From Rebecca billardiae RCC1528 (taxonomy: Eukaryota; Protista; Haptophyta), in the NCBI GenBank assembly GCA_965240325.2, contig OZ251234.1, forward strand, positions 868,001 through 932,000: a DNA stretch of 64,000 bases, given 5' to 3'. The position numbers were made by a program, and so were the translations under genes. Under the pieces are notes generated by a model. The model made no database searches and was not told where the DNA came from. It saw only the letters and a program-made list of their open reading frames with translations. How positions within the stretch are numbered: position 1 is the first letter of the stretch; each line of letters opens with the position of its first letter. This document shows, one piece after another, positions 41,482-51,255 of the stretch.

Positions 41482-42666
41482 ATGCCCACCCCTTTGGTCG
41501 CCGTCTTCGCCGCAGGGGCGACTGGCGCGTTCGCAAAGGCAACCGCGGCGTTTGGCGAAGCCATCTGCTTCATCATCGTACTGCACGCTGCGAGTGCGCT
41601 CGACAGTAGGCCGTTCGAGGTCAAGGAGGCCATAGCGATCCAGACGCCGCTGTCGTTTGTGGCCAACGCGCTGTGGGTGCTCGTGCTCCGACGCGACGTG
41701 GACCTCGGCCTGCTGCGCGCGCAGGGCATCAGCCTCGTTGTAGGCGCAGTCATTGGCGTGCAGCTACTCGTCCGCCTCGCGTCGTCACGCGTGGCAAAGC
41801 TCGCAGGCTGCTTCTTCCTCACCTACTCTCTGGCAAGATTTGTGGAGAGTGCAGCGGGCTGGGCGCGAGGTAGGCTTTTGGCTGGGCGCGAGGAGGACGA
41901 GGTGACCCCACTCGGGGACGCGGAGAGGCTGGCCACGTGGCGGGAGACGCCGGTTGAGAGCCCTCGGGCGCACATGCTGCACGGCGCTATCGCTCCGGTG
42001 GACCCACAGCTAGCTGCGCCCAGCCCCGATGGCGGTCCTGGCCCCAGTTGGAGCAAACGACGGCAGGCGCGAGCAGCCACGCAGGTTGTACTCGCGGCCG
42101 TCGCGGGCTTCTTCACCGGGCTGTGCGGAAGCTGGTTCGGTGTGGCTGGCCCGCCGATGATGGTGTACTTCTCCTCCTTCACGCATGCCAAGGCGACGAT
42201 CCGAGCCAACTTCATCACGTGCATACTGTTGCTCAATGGCGCGACGCTGCCCACGCTGCTCTCCGCGCAGATCGTGCAGCCAGAGCGCTGGCCGCAGTAC
42301 GCGGTATGCGTGGCGGGCATGGGCGTTGGCAGTGCGTTCGGCTCTTGGCTGCACCGATATGTGCGCGAGGAGGCAGTGCGGACAATCGTCATCGCGCTGC
42401 TCTTCTGCTCCGCCGTGATGATGATCGCTGCTGGCGACCTTGCGCGCGCTGTCTGCGTCTTGGGCATTGCGTCTGCGGCGGGGTTAGGCGCGCTCGCCCT
42501 CGCCCTCGCGCCATTACTGCGCGACGAGCGGCTATGGCCGCATGCTGGCACTACCAGATACTGCCGTTGCGTATCTCGCCGGCCTGCTGGGGCAACGAGG
42601 CGCCGCGCAGCATCATTGTCCAGAACACTCTCAGATGCTGTGCCGCTTGCCCCGGTCGCAGACTGA
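41482..42666 (+). CDS. TauE/SafE (TSUP) sulfite-exporter family membrane protein
   Basis: Multi-TM with duplicated motif GAFAKATAAFGEAI / GLCGSWFGVAGPPMMVYF..KATIRA. Confidence 0.8.
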   Translation: MPTPLVAVFAAGATGAFAKATAAFGEAICFIIVLHAASALDSRPFEVKEAIAIQTPLSFVANALWVLVLRRDVDLGLLRAQGISLVVGAVIGVQLLVRLASSRVAKLAGCFFLTYSLARFVESAAGWARGRLLAGREEDEVTPLGDAERLATWRETPVESPRAHMLHGAIAPVDPQLAAPSPDGGPGPSWSKRRQARAATQVVLAAVAGFFTGLCGSWFGVAGPPMMVYFSSFTHAKATIRANFITCILLLNGATLPTLLSAQIVQPERWPQYAVCVAGMGVGSAFGSWLHRYVREEAVRTIVIALLFCSAVMMIAAGDLARAVCVLGIASAAGLGALALALAPLLRDERLWPHAGTTRYCRCVSRRPAGATRRRAASLSRTLSDAVPLAPVAD

Positions 42667-43210
42667 CTACTGAGTGAGTGAGACGGGGTGCTGCCCACTG
42701 GTGCTGCCAGCGCCAGGGGGCATTGCAGTGAGGGCTGCTGACGCGCCGCGCCGATATGTTGATGGCAAAGTTCTCCTGCCGCCAGCGCGGATGAGGTGTG
42801 AGGCTTAGGCTCATCATGATCAGTCGGACCGGCTGCCACTAGTTACCGCGCCCAACGGAGCCCGTCTGCCTCTGACTGGCTCTTAGCTGCCGGGCGCCCG
42901 AGTGTCAGTAGACAGTAGTAGTATTCCCTGAGTCAGTAATTGCGCTGTAGCCGCGTTTGTTAAGCAGTTTGAAGACAGGCCGTCAGACAGTGTGAGACAG
43001 GTTGAGGTAGTACCGATCTACAGGTACTCACGGTCCCAATAAGACTTATCACTTAAGAGGCGCGCGTCACTCGCGCCGTTCATGACGACGATGCAGCCTC
43101 CACCGCCATTTCCGAATCTGATAGTCTCACATTAGTATATATATATATATATATATAGTATATATACATATATGTGTGTGTGTGTCACTGTGCATGTGAA
43201 TTCAGCTCAA

Positions 43211-43954
43211 TCATTGTTGCCGCTGCCTCTCCAGCTTGTAAGGCACGTTGCGCCAGTTGCCGTAGATCTGGTTGCCATCGAGGTCGAAACCACGGTCGTT
43301 GATCCACAGGGCGTCCTCGAAGAGCTGCAGCGAATCCAGAACGCGGATCTGCTGCTTCATGATCGGCGAGAAGACATCCACCTCTCCGGCTGCGAGCTCG
43401 CCATCGAAGTAGCGCGCGCCACACTCGCCCAGCTCGTTGTACGTCCACACAACATCGCAGTCCGGGATGTGGTGGGCGAAGTCCTCGGCGGACCACCTCA
43501 CGGCGGACGCGTCGAAGCTGACGTCCGAGAGCTGGGCCATGCGCTCCTCGGGCACGCGATAGATCTTCATGTTGATCTGTGCGCCGTGAGTGACACAGTC
43601 GAGGCTCGGGTCTGCGCACTCCAGTGTGTATAGCCGCGTGCGGAAGCTCTGGTCGCCCCGCTCCGGGAATCGGTAGTCCGCTAGCATGGCTGGGCCTACT
43701 CCAGGCGCTTGCACGCGCTGCACGTGGCAACAGATGTGCTCATGCCCACCCCCCTCGCGCGGCGCGAGGCCTGCGGCCACGTCCACAGCGGCCTGCGCGC
43801 CGTTGTCGAAAGTGCCGGCGAAGCGGTGCATGAAGCACGCCAGCAGTGCAAGCTGAGTGCTTGCAGGGGCGGCGACGGCCGGCGGTGCCGAAATCGCCGC
43901 GACGTTCACCGCCGTTGAAGCGCGGAGTGCAGAACGCTGCGAGGCGGAGCGCAT
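43211..43954 (-). CDS. CpcT/CpeT (CRUMPLED LEAF-like) bilin lyase family protein
   Basis: FAGTFDN.AQA, HEHI, FRTRLY, CDVVW, LWINDRGFDLDGNQIYG..PYKLER. Confidence 0.82.
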   Translation of the reverse strand: MRSASQRSALRASTAVNVAAISAPPAVAAPASTQLALLACFMHRFAGTFDNGAQAAVDVAAGLAPREGGGHEHICCHVQRVQAPGVGPAMLADYRFPERGDQSFRTRLYTLECADPSLDCVTHGAQINMKIYRVPEERMAQLSDVSFDASAVRWSAEDFAHHIPDCDVVWTYNELGECGARYFDGELAAGEVDVFSPIMKQQIRVLDSLQLFEDALWINDRGFDLDGNQIYGNWRNVPYKLERQRQQ

Positions 43955-44544
43955 GGCGACGGGGCAGGTCTCGATGCAAGACGTGCTGATGGGGCTAATT
44001 CAGTCCTGCTATTCAGAATACAGAATTCAATTAGCTGGGCTAAGCACGCCAATTAGCACCTGGATTATTGCCGGAAGCTGATTGGCCAAAGGTTGTGCTG
44101 GAGCAGCGGTCTGAGATCTCCAAGGTCCGCTTCCGACCGCCTTCCGGACCGCGCGCAAAACGGTACAAAGTGTGAAAGTGGAACCGGTACAAACGGTTCC
44201 CACGACCAAAGGAATTTCCAGGAACTTCCGTAGCAGTGACTGTGTGTGTGTGTGCCGTGTGTGTGTGTGTGTGTAGACGACACCGTACCAGGTCGGGCTG
44301 ATACTGATGTCAGTGTAGGCACTGAGCTGGTGCCAGCTGTTCGCCTTGAATCGGCGGGCCGACCCCGACACATCGGCGTTGTCAAAGTCGTGTTCAAAAG
44401 GTGCATATCATATCGAAGTTCAAAGCTGCGGCCGGGCGGTCCGGGCGCGGCGCCCCAGGGAGCAGAACCGCGCGATTCAAGTCGACGTCGACGCGGCCAC
44501 TCTCCCCGGGGAGCTTCGAGGCGTCACCGAGTCGGCGTCAGCGA

Positions 44545-45799
44545 TCACGGCGCACACCCCTTCATGTACGGCGTCATGAAGTCATACAGGTGGATCCACA
44601 CGTTGGCGGCCATCTTGGTCCCCCGGATGACGGGCTGCGCCTCGTGGTTCGTTCGAGGGTCCTGCCGGCAGCGGCGTCCGGAGCGCGGCGACCCAGTGAG
44701 CGCGCGGTGCCCGCGCTTGGACGTGCTGGGCGCGCCGCGCGCGAGCCCGCGCGCACCTGCACTTCGGGCTGGTCGGCGAGCACCGAGGGCCACCACAGCG
44801 CCCGGCCGAGCTTGGGGTGGACGGTGATGTTGAGCCCGGGGAAAGCGGTCCCGCCGCCCTCCTCCACGTCTGACAGGTACAAGAAGAAGGTGTACACGCG
44901 CGGGCCGAACGGGAAATCCGTGTGCGCGTCCACCCAGTCGTGGTGCTGCCGATAGTACTCGCCCGGTGCGTATCTGCGCGCAGCGCGACGCGCGCGCGAG
45001 CGCACCCGGTCGGCCGCGCGCGGCCGACGCAGCGCTGAGGCGCTGGCGGCTGCGGTGCGCACCGCAGCACTTGGTAGAGCTCGAACGATTTGGGGCTGGA
45101 CTGCGTGATCTCGGCGATGCGCTGCGTGACTCGGCGCACGACTGGGTCCGTGCCACAGTCCGAGTCGACGCACCACGAGTTCTCTGACGTGCGCACATCG
45201 CTGATCTGCTTCTTGAACTGGCCGTTCTCGTCGATCCCGGCGACCGACGCGGAGCGCGCCATGCCCTTCGCGCCGAGCTCGAAGATGCGCTTGGCCTCCT
45301 CCTCGGAGAAGAGCTCGTCGAAGGTGACGACCCAGGGGTCGGTGGAGTGTATCGTCGGCTTGTACTGCGGAAAGCGGTCGACAGCGTCCTGGAAGACGCG
45401 CCCCATGGTCCCAGGAGCCAGGATGGGCCGCTCGTCCGGCGCGCGAGAGCACATGTATCGCCTGTCCACCCTGCCACGGTCACCACCGGATGGCCGCCCG
45501 AAGGGCTCGGCGGGGCAAAGACCGCAGGCAGCGCGGCAGTTGGTGTGCATGTACTCTGCATTGATCGTGCACTCGCCCTGCTGCGCCCACGTCTTGCAGT
45601 CCGCGGCTTTGTCGACGCAGGCGTCGAGGCCCGCTTGCGCCGCGCCGCGCGGTGGCTCGGGGCCGGCGTCATCGCCACCAAACCACATCGCTAGCGCGCC
45701 GATGAGCCCTACGAGGAAGGCCGCGATCGCATAGGGTGAGCTGGGCACCCACTTCGACTTGGACGATCCGCCGCGCCTGGGCGGCTTACCGCGCGCCAT
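44545..45799 (-). CDS. Prolyl 4-hydroxylase with ShKT domain; introns 44974-45062 and 44662-44756
   Basis: TM anchor; ShK CVDKAADCKTWAQQGEC..N..YM..NCRAACGLC; QVLRY..GEYYRQHHD, TFFLYLSDVEEGGGT.FP, HEAQPVIRGTK. Confidence 0.92.
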
Positions 45800-45946
45800 C
45801 GATTTCGTCACGGGTGTCGCGACTCCGCATGCGCGTGCAGCGGGCGGCCGTGCGGTGCGCTGAGTGGCCGCGGCACCTTGTCGTCTGTCGATCGGCCGGC
45901 GAGGCCGGCGCGCGGGGAGGCGGGGACGCGAGTTGGGCGTCATCAA

Positions 45947-47663
45947 ATGGCGGTCGCGTGTGCGCTCGCGCTCTCGCTCTGCGCCCACGTCTCGCTCGTG
46001 GGGACGCGCAATGCGCCGGTCAGCCTACGCCCTAGGATGAAGCTTGTGGCGATGGCTGCGGCGGGCGACAGCACGCCAAACGATTCCGTACCGCCCAGCG
46101 CTGCCGACTTGAGCGTCCGGCCGACGCGCGCCGACCTGCGCGAGGTGGTGGCGCTCGCCATCCCTGTGCTCGGCACGTGCCTTATGGCGCCGCTGACGAC
46201 CCTCACCGACACATGGACGGTCGGTAGGCTCTCGCCGGGCGGCGGGTCGGCCTCGTCCATCGGCCTTGGCGCGCTCGAGATCAACTCGGCCGTTTTCCGG
46301 CTGGTCGAAGGCTCGTTCACATTCCTCTCGATCGCGATGACCAAGGTGGTCGGCCGCGCCGCCGATCGCGGCGAGCGCGCGCAGGCGCACGTGGCGCGTG
46401 ACGGCCTCGCGCTCGCCACCATCATCGGCCTCACGTCAGCGCTCGCCATCGTCGGATCTGGCAAGCGCGTGCTGCTCGGCGCCTTCCAGCTGGGTGAGGC
46501 CTCTGAGCTGCTCGCGCCGTCGCTCATGTACCTGCGCGTGCGCGCGATCGCGCTGCCGCCTACGATCGCCAACTACGCGCTCTCCGGCATCTGCATCGCG
46601 CTGCGCCGCGTGCCAACGCTCGCGTACGCGCTCCCGGTGCTGATCAACCTGGTCGGAGACGTGCTGCTGGTGCCGACCATGGGGCTGTATGGCGCGGTGC
46701 TCGCGACGGCCGTGAGTAGCTGGGCGCAGCTGTGGCTGCTGCTGCGCCACGTCAGCCGGCACATGGACCTCACGTCTGGGCCGTGGTCGCTCATGTCGCG
46801 CGAGGACCTCCGGCCGTTCCTCAGCATCTCAGGTGGGATGCGGGCGCACGCACGCGCGGTGCCCTCCACCCCCACCCCACCCCCACCCCCTAGACCTTCC
46901 CTGCGACCCACGCGCCCGCCGCCACCGCCGCCCCCACCGCGGCCGCCACGCGGGCGCAGGTACGGCGCTCGTCGTGCAGCTGCTCAACTCGTTCACCTGG
47001 TCCTCGGCCGGCCGCGGGGTCGCCCTGTGCGCGGACGTGTCGTGCATTGCGATGCACCAGGTGCTCTCCGAGGCCTGCTACTTCCTCGCGTGCGTCGCCA
47101 CGCCGCTCTCGATGGCGGCGCAGGGCCTGCTGCCGGCGGCGGTGAGCAGGTGCGAGGTGCTGCGTGCGCGACGCATCCTCGCCTCGGTCGTCATCCTCGC
47201 CGTCGCGCTCGGCCTCGGCGGCGGTGCGGTCATCATTGGCTTCGGGCTGGGGGCGCCCGGAGCCCTGGCCGAGGATGCTGGCGTGCGCGCGCTCCTCTCG
47301 CGCTTTGCGCCGCTCGGCGCACTTTCAGTTCTGGCCAACTGCGTCAACTCCGGGCTGTACGGCGTGTACGTGGGCTGCGGCTGGCTGCCACGCTTCTTCG
47401 CGATGAATGTCGTGTCGACGCTCGTTGCCATCGCCGCGTTCCTGAGCGTGCCCGCGGCGCGCGGCGGGTACACTCTCGGGTGCGCTTGGGCCGGCATCGT
47501 TGGCTTCTGCGTGCTCAAGTGCGTGCTCGGGCTGCTGCAGCTGCCCGGCCTCGTGTCGCGCACCCTCCCACGCGAGCAGGACGTGTGCATGCTCAAGCCG
47601 GAGCTGGAGGAGCAGTACGGCCTTCCCGGCCTAGAGGGTACCAGCGCGCAGCCATCCACTTAG
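45947..47663 (+). CDS. MATE (DinF-like) efflux transporter; intron 46833-46959
   Basis: VVALAIPVLG..PLTTLTDT..VGRL, YLRVRAIALP, INLVGDVLLV..MGLYGAVLAT, AMHQV. Confidence 0.85.
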
Positions 47664-48400
47664 TCGATGTGGAAGCCCAACTACTCACTAGCTAAGCTGA
47701 CGGCGGCGCGCAGCCGATCGGAGTTCGGAAGCCTGCATCGTCATCTGGACAGACGAGCAGCAGCCAGTGTCCTGAGTGCTGGCGGCAACTGGCGCGGTGC
47801 CTTGGGCTTGCTGGGGCAACTTGCTCGGGGTCACTGACTCACTCAGCAACGCACGCAATTGTTTTGGACGGTCCGCGCGCGCACTTCGCGCAGACAGACG
47901 GACTCTGGGACTTCGCGGGACCGTCTGGGTCTTGGGGCTGCGCTGCAGCGGCCGCGGGCAAGCGGCGCGCTCGCGGGCACCAGAGTCACGCGCCGTCACG
48001 GATCTGAGCGACTGATGCGCTAAGACCGCGCATGACGATATGAGTGCCATGACGATGACGACTCACGATAGAGATTAGAGTGACCGCGAGTTCGCGTAGT
48101 TTAATTACTGATGCGACGCCGACTGATCAGCAGCGCGCAGAGGATTTCGTCGTCGTCAGCATATATATAATAATATATCGTCGCGCATATATGACCGCGT
48201 TCCGCGGTCCTTTTCATCCGTAGAACGAACGTAGTTCGGGGCCCGCGGTGGCGGTGCACCCTCCGTCGCAGTCGTCTATTGACAGACCAGTTGCATGCCC
48301 CGTACAACTAGACTCCAGCGGTGCGCCGCCGCCCGCCGGCGCCGGGCGCGGGCCCATCGCAGCCGCCGGCGCGGCGCCGATTGTGTACAGGCGGATGCGA

Positions 48401-48700
48401 CGAGGCGTGATCGACGCATGAGCGCGACTCCACGTGCACGCCAGGCCACGTGGAGCTGACAGCCAGGGAACACGGTGCGGGGCCGCGGATTCGTTCGGGC
48501 CGCTGCTGCTGACCCAGTGACCGCTGTCTGTCGTCACCGCGCGCCGGCAGCGCCAGGAGTAGATGATTTGCACTGGTCCGAGTAGGGTTCGACCAGCGCC
48601 TGCGCGACGGCCGACAGGCGGGCGCGAGGCGTGATCGACGCATGAGCGCAACTCTACGTGCACGCCAGGCCGTACTCGCGGAGCTGACAGCCAGAGGGAG
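48401..48700 (+). repeat. Direct duplication of a ~70-bp unit (~48401-48470 and ~48625-48697)
   Basis: GAGGCGTGATCGACGCATGAGCGC.ACT..ACGTGCACGCCAGGCC...GGAGCTGACAGCCAG occurs twice. Confidence 0.85.
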
Positions 48701-48746
48701 CACTGTGTGTGCCGAGGTGCGAGGGCACCGGCGATATTCAATATAT

Positions 48747-49056
48747 TGTTAGACTGAAGAAGAAGCGTGGGTGCTCCCTACCGCGCGTGTCCGGGCGATA
48801 GGTCCACCGGAAGCGACCAGGCGGGGCTAAGGACGGCCCCGGAGGGGCGAGGCGGACGGGGTCACATTACGGATGAACTGGTGGGTCAGGCAGCCCCAAA
48901 CTGAAACTCCCTGCCGAGTGCCCCGAGGGTTTGGGGCTCCGGACTGGCCGAGATAGTGCCGGATCGTGCCTCCGCCGGTACGTACGGGTAGAATGTGGAA
49001 ACTTACCCGCGACTCCTGTGGAACGGTGTCACCGAGAGCAGACTGATGCCCAGTCT

Positions 49057-49060
<4 letters not shown>
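48747..49060. mobile_element. Solo LTR (314 bp, TG...CA) inserted in a TA tract
   Basis: Begins TGTTAGACTG and ends CAGTCTGACA (9/10 inverted match); TATAT on both sides. Confidence 0.7.
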
Positions 49061-49109
<49 letters not shown>

Positions 49110-49130
49110 GTATGTATATATATATATATA
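49061..49130. repeat. (TA)n/(TATG)n microsatellite
   Basis: Direct observation. Confidence 0.95.
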
Positions 49131-49473
49131 CATGCTGTATATAGAGCTAATATATATAGCAAATATTAATAGCAAATGTTAATAGCTATATATAGCTATA
49201 TATATATATATACCATTGCATATCACACGTCAGGGCCTCGCGCCGTCCACCGTGACCCGTCCTTCGGCTCCAAGTGCTTCAAACTCGTCATCGGACATCG
49301 GTGATCGATCGTCATGTGCCAGGCCCCGAACGCAGCATGCTATCATTGCCTGTGGCAACGACACTCGACCTCGCTCGCGTCCGCCGCACGCTCGAGATCG
49401 CGCATCACCCGACCACGCGCACAGCGGACCACTCGACCACGGCCCCTGCCAGGGCACGTGCCCGCTTCACCGT

Positions 49474-50901
49474 TCACGGCCAGCGCGCGTGCAGCCCGAG
49501 GTGCTCAAGTGCGAGCTCGAGTCGAAGCAGCGCGTTGAACAAGCCGCCGCCCATCGACGTGGCAGAAGGCGGCGTCACGGCGAATGGGCGCACCGAGCCG
49601 GACGCCGGGCGCTGGCCCGACGCCGGCGGCGGCGCCGCGCCGAGCGAGCGCGGCACCCATGGCTCGCTCCCCGCCACCACCGCCGCGTCCGGCAGCTCGC
49701 CGCCGCTGATCAGCCTGTGCAGCCAACGCATCCCGTCCGGTTGAACGTGGTGCCATGCCATCACATTGCTGAGCAGCCGGCTCGTGCGCGAGGGCTCGCA
49801 CGGCGCGTGGCCGTAGGTGAGGGTCTCGCCGTAGTGGAGCGCCTTCGCGAGCACGCGCGGCGGCGTGGAGTGCTGGTTGTGCATGAAGATCGGCCGGCCC
49901 GCCGAGACCTCGAGGTTTTTCCGGAAGAGCACCTCGACGGTGCAGGCCTCGCCCACGCCGCCCGCAGAAGTGCGGTTGCACGCCATCTCGCACGACCACT
50001 TCCTGGGCGGCTTGACCTTCTTGGCGTAGGGCGAGCGGTGGCCGCACATGGCCCAGCCCATGTCGAACTCGTACCCGGGCAGGCACACCGCGTCCGCCGC
50101 GCCCGCGCGCCGGCTGGCGTGCACGCACATGTTGATCAGGTGATCGTTGTTGTACAGCGCGCCGCTATAAGGCTCATCCCACGGCGCAAGCTCGATGGGG
50201 CACACGCCGAGCGGGACGCGCGGGTCGGCCTCGCGCCGGCGGTACGTGTCGTAGCAGTCGATCACGATCTGCCGGCATGCGCCCATCACGCGCGGCGTGG
50301 CGAGCAGCTCGACCATCCGAGCGTTCATCAGCATGAAGGGCCCAGACGTGGGGCAGAAGTGCGCGGCGCCCATCGCTGCCGGAGTCCGGCCGGGGAAGAG
50401 GGCGGTGGGCCGCGCAGGGTCGGTCACGCCGTCCAGCGAGCCGAGCCGCGCGTGCAGCAGCGGCATGTTCCAGTACGTGTCGTCGTCGGTGAACAGGTAG
50501 AAGTCGCGGCCGGGCGTGAGCGTGAGCATGCGCGCAAACGTGTGCTCGAGTTTGTACTGCGCGCTCGCGATCGAGAGGCCGAGCGACTCGTTGCCCGGGC
50601 AGCACGGCGCCACGGTGAGCGAGCGACGCAGCTGCACATCCGACGCGCTCCGCAGCGCCCACTCCTCCGCGTACCGCGACGTGTCCACGAAGAGGACAAC
50701 GTCGTGCGCGGTCGACGCCCACGTGCGCGCGATCGTGCCCGCGAAGACGTCGGCGCGCGTGTCCGACGACATGACAGCGACGGCGACCGAGATGTCGCGC
50801 GCGTGGCCGGTGGGCACGGCGGTGCATGCGAGGAGCACCAGCATGCCGAGTGCCCCCACTGACGGCGAGGACACCGCGGCGGGCCTCGTGCCGCGCAGCA
50901 T
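49474..50901 (-). CDS. Glycosyltransferase family 31 / Fringe-like
   Basis: Signal anchor; TIARTWA; DFYLFTDDDTYWN; ND.LI..C; MAWHHV.PD.MRWLH. Confidence 0.78.
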   Translation of the reverse strand: MLRGTRPAAVSSPSVGALGMLVLLACTAVPTGHARDISVAVAVMSSDTRADVFAGTIARTWASTAHDVVLFVDTSRYAEEWALRSASDVQLRRSLTVAPCCPGNESLGLSIASAQYKLEHTFARMLTLTPGRDFYLFTDDDTYWNMPLLHARLGSLDGVTDPARPTALFPGRTPAAMGAAHFCPTSGPFMLMNARMVELLATPRVMGACRQIVIDCYDTYRRREADPRVPLGVCPIELAPWDEPYSGALYNNDHLINMCVHASRRAGAADAVCLPGYEFDMGWAMCGHRSPYAKKVKPPRKWSCEMACNRTSAGGVGEACTVEVLFRKNLEVSAGRPIFMHNQHSTPPRVLAKALHYGETLTYGHAPCEPSRTSRLLSNVMAWHHVQPDGMRWLHRLISGGELPDAAVVAGSEPWVPRSLGAAPPPASGQRPASGSVRPFAVTPPSATSMGGGLFNALLRLELALEHLGLHARWP

Positions 50902-51255
50902 GGCGCACTCAGGGTGCAGCAGGCGCCCGGCTTCGCAGCGCAAGTCCTCCGTGGTGGGTGCGCAGGACCAACTTGCACGTGCCCGAGATCGGGTGCCCGA
51001 CGTTCGGACGCCTATCCCTTGAACAGTGCCCGAAGCTTCGACGTGCGACGACGATACAAAGGCTATAGATGACCAACGGCGTTCGCGCCGGCCTGACCTA
51101 CAAAAGCGAGCGCCTTTGAAGCTTGGGCAAGGTCTGGGCACTTGGATCTACGTACCCGCAACGAGCTCGGCTTTCGTGGATCCGTCCGTGGGAGTCTGCG
51201 CCGGACTGCATCGTGGAGCAGACCTCGGCGCGAACAGGCACGAGGTGCGACGACC

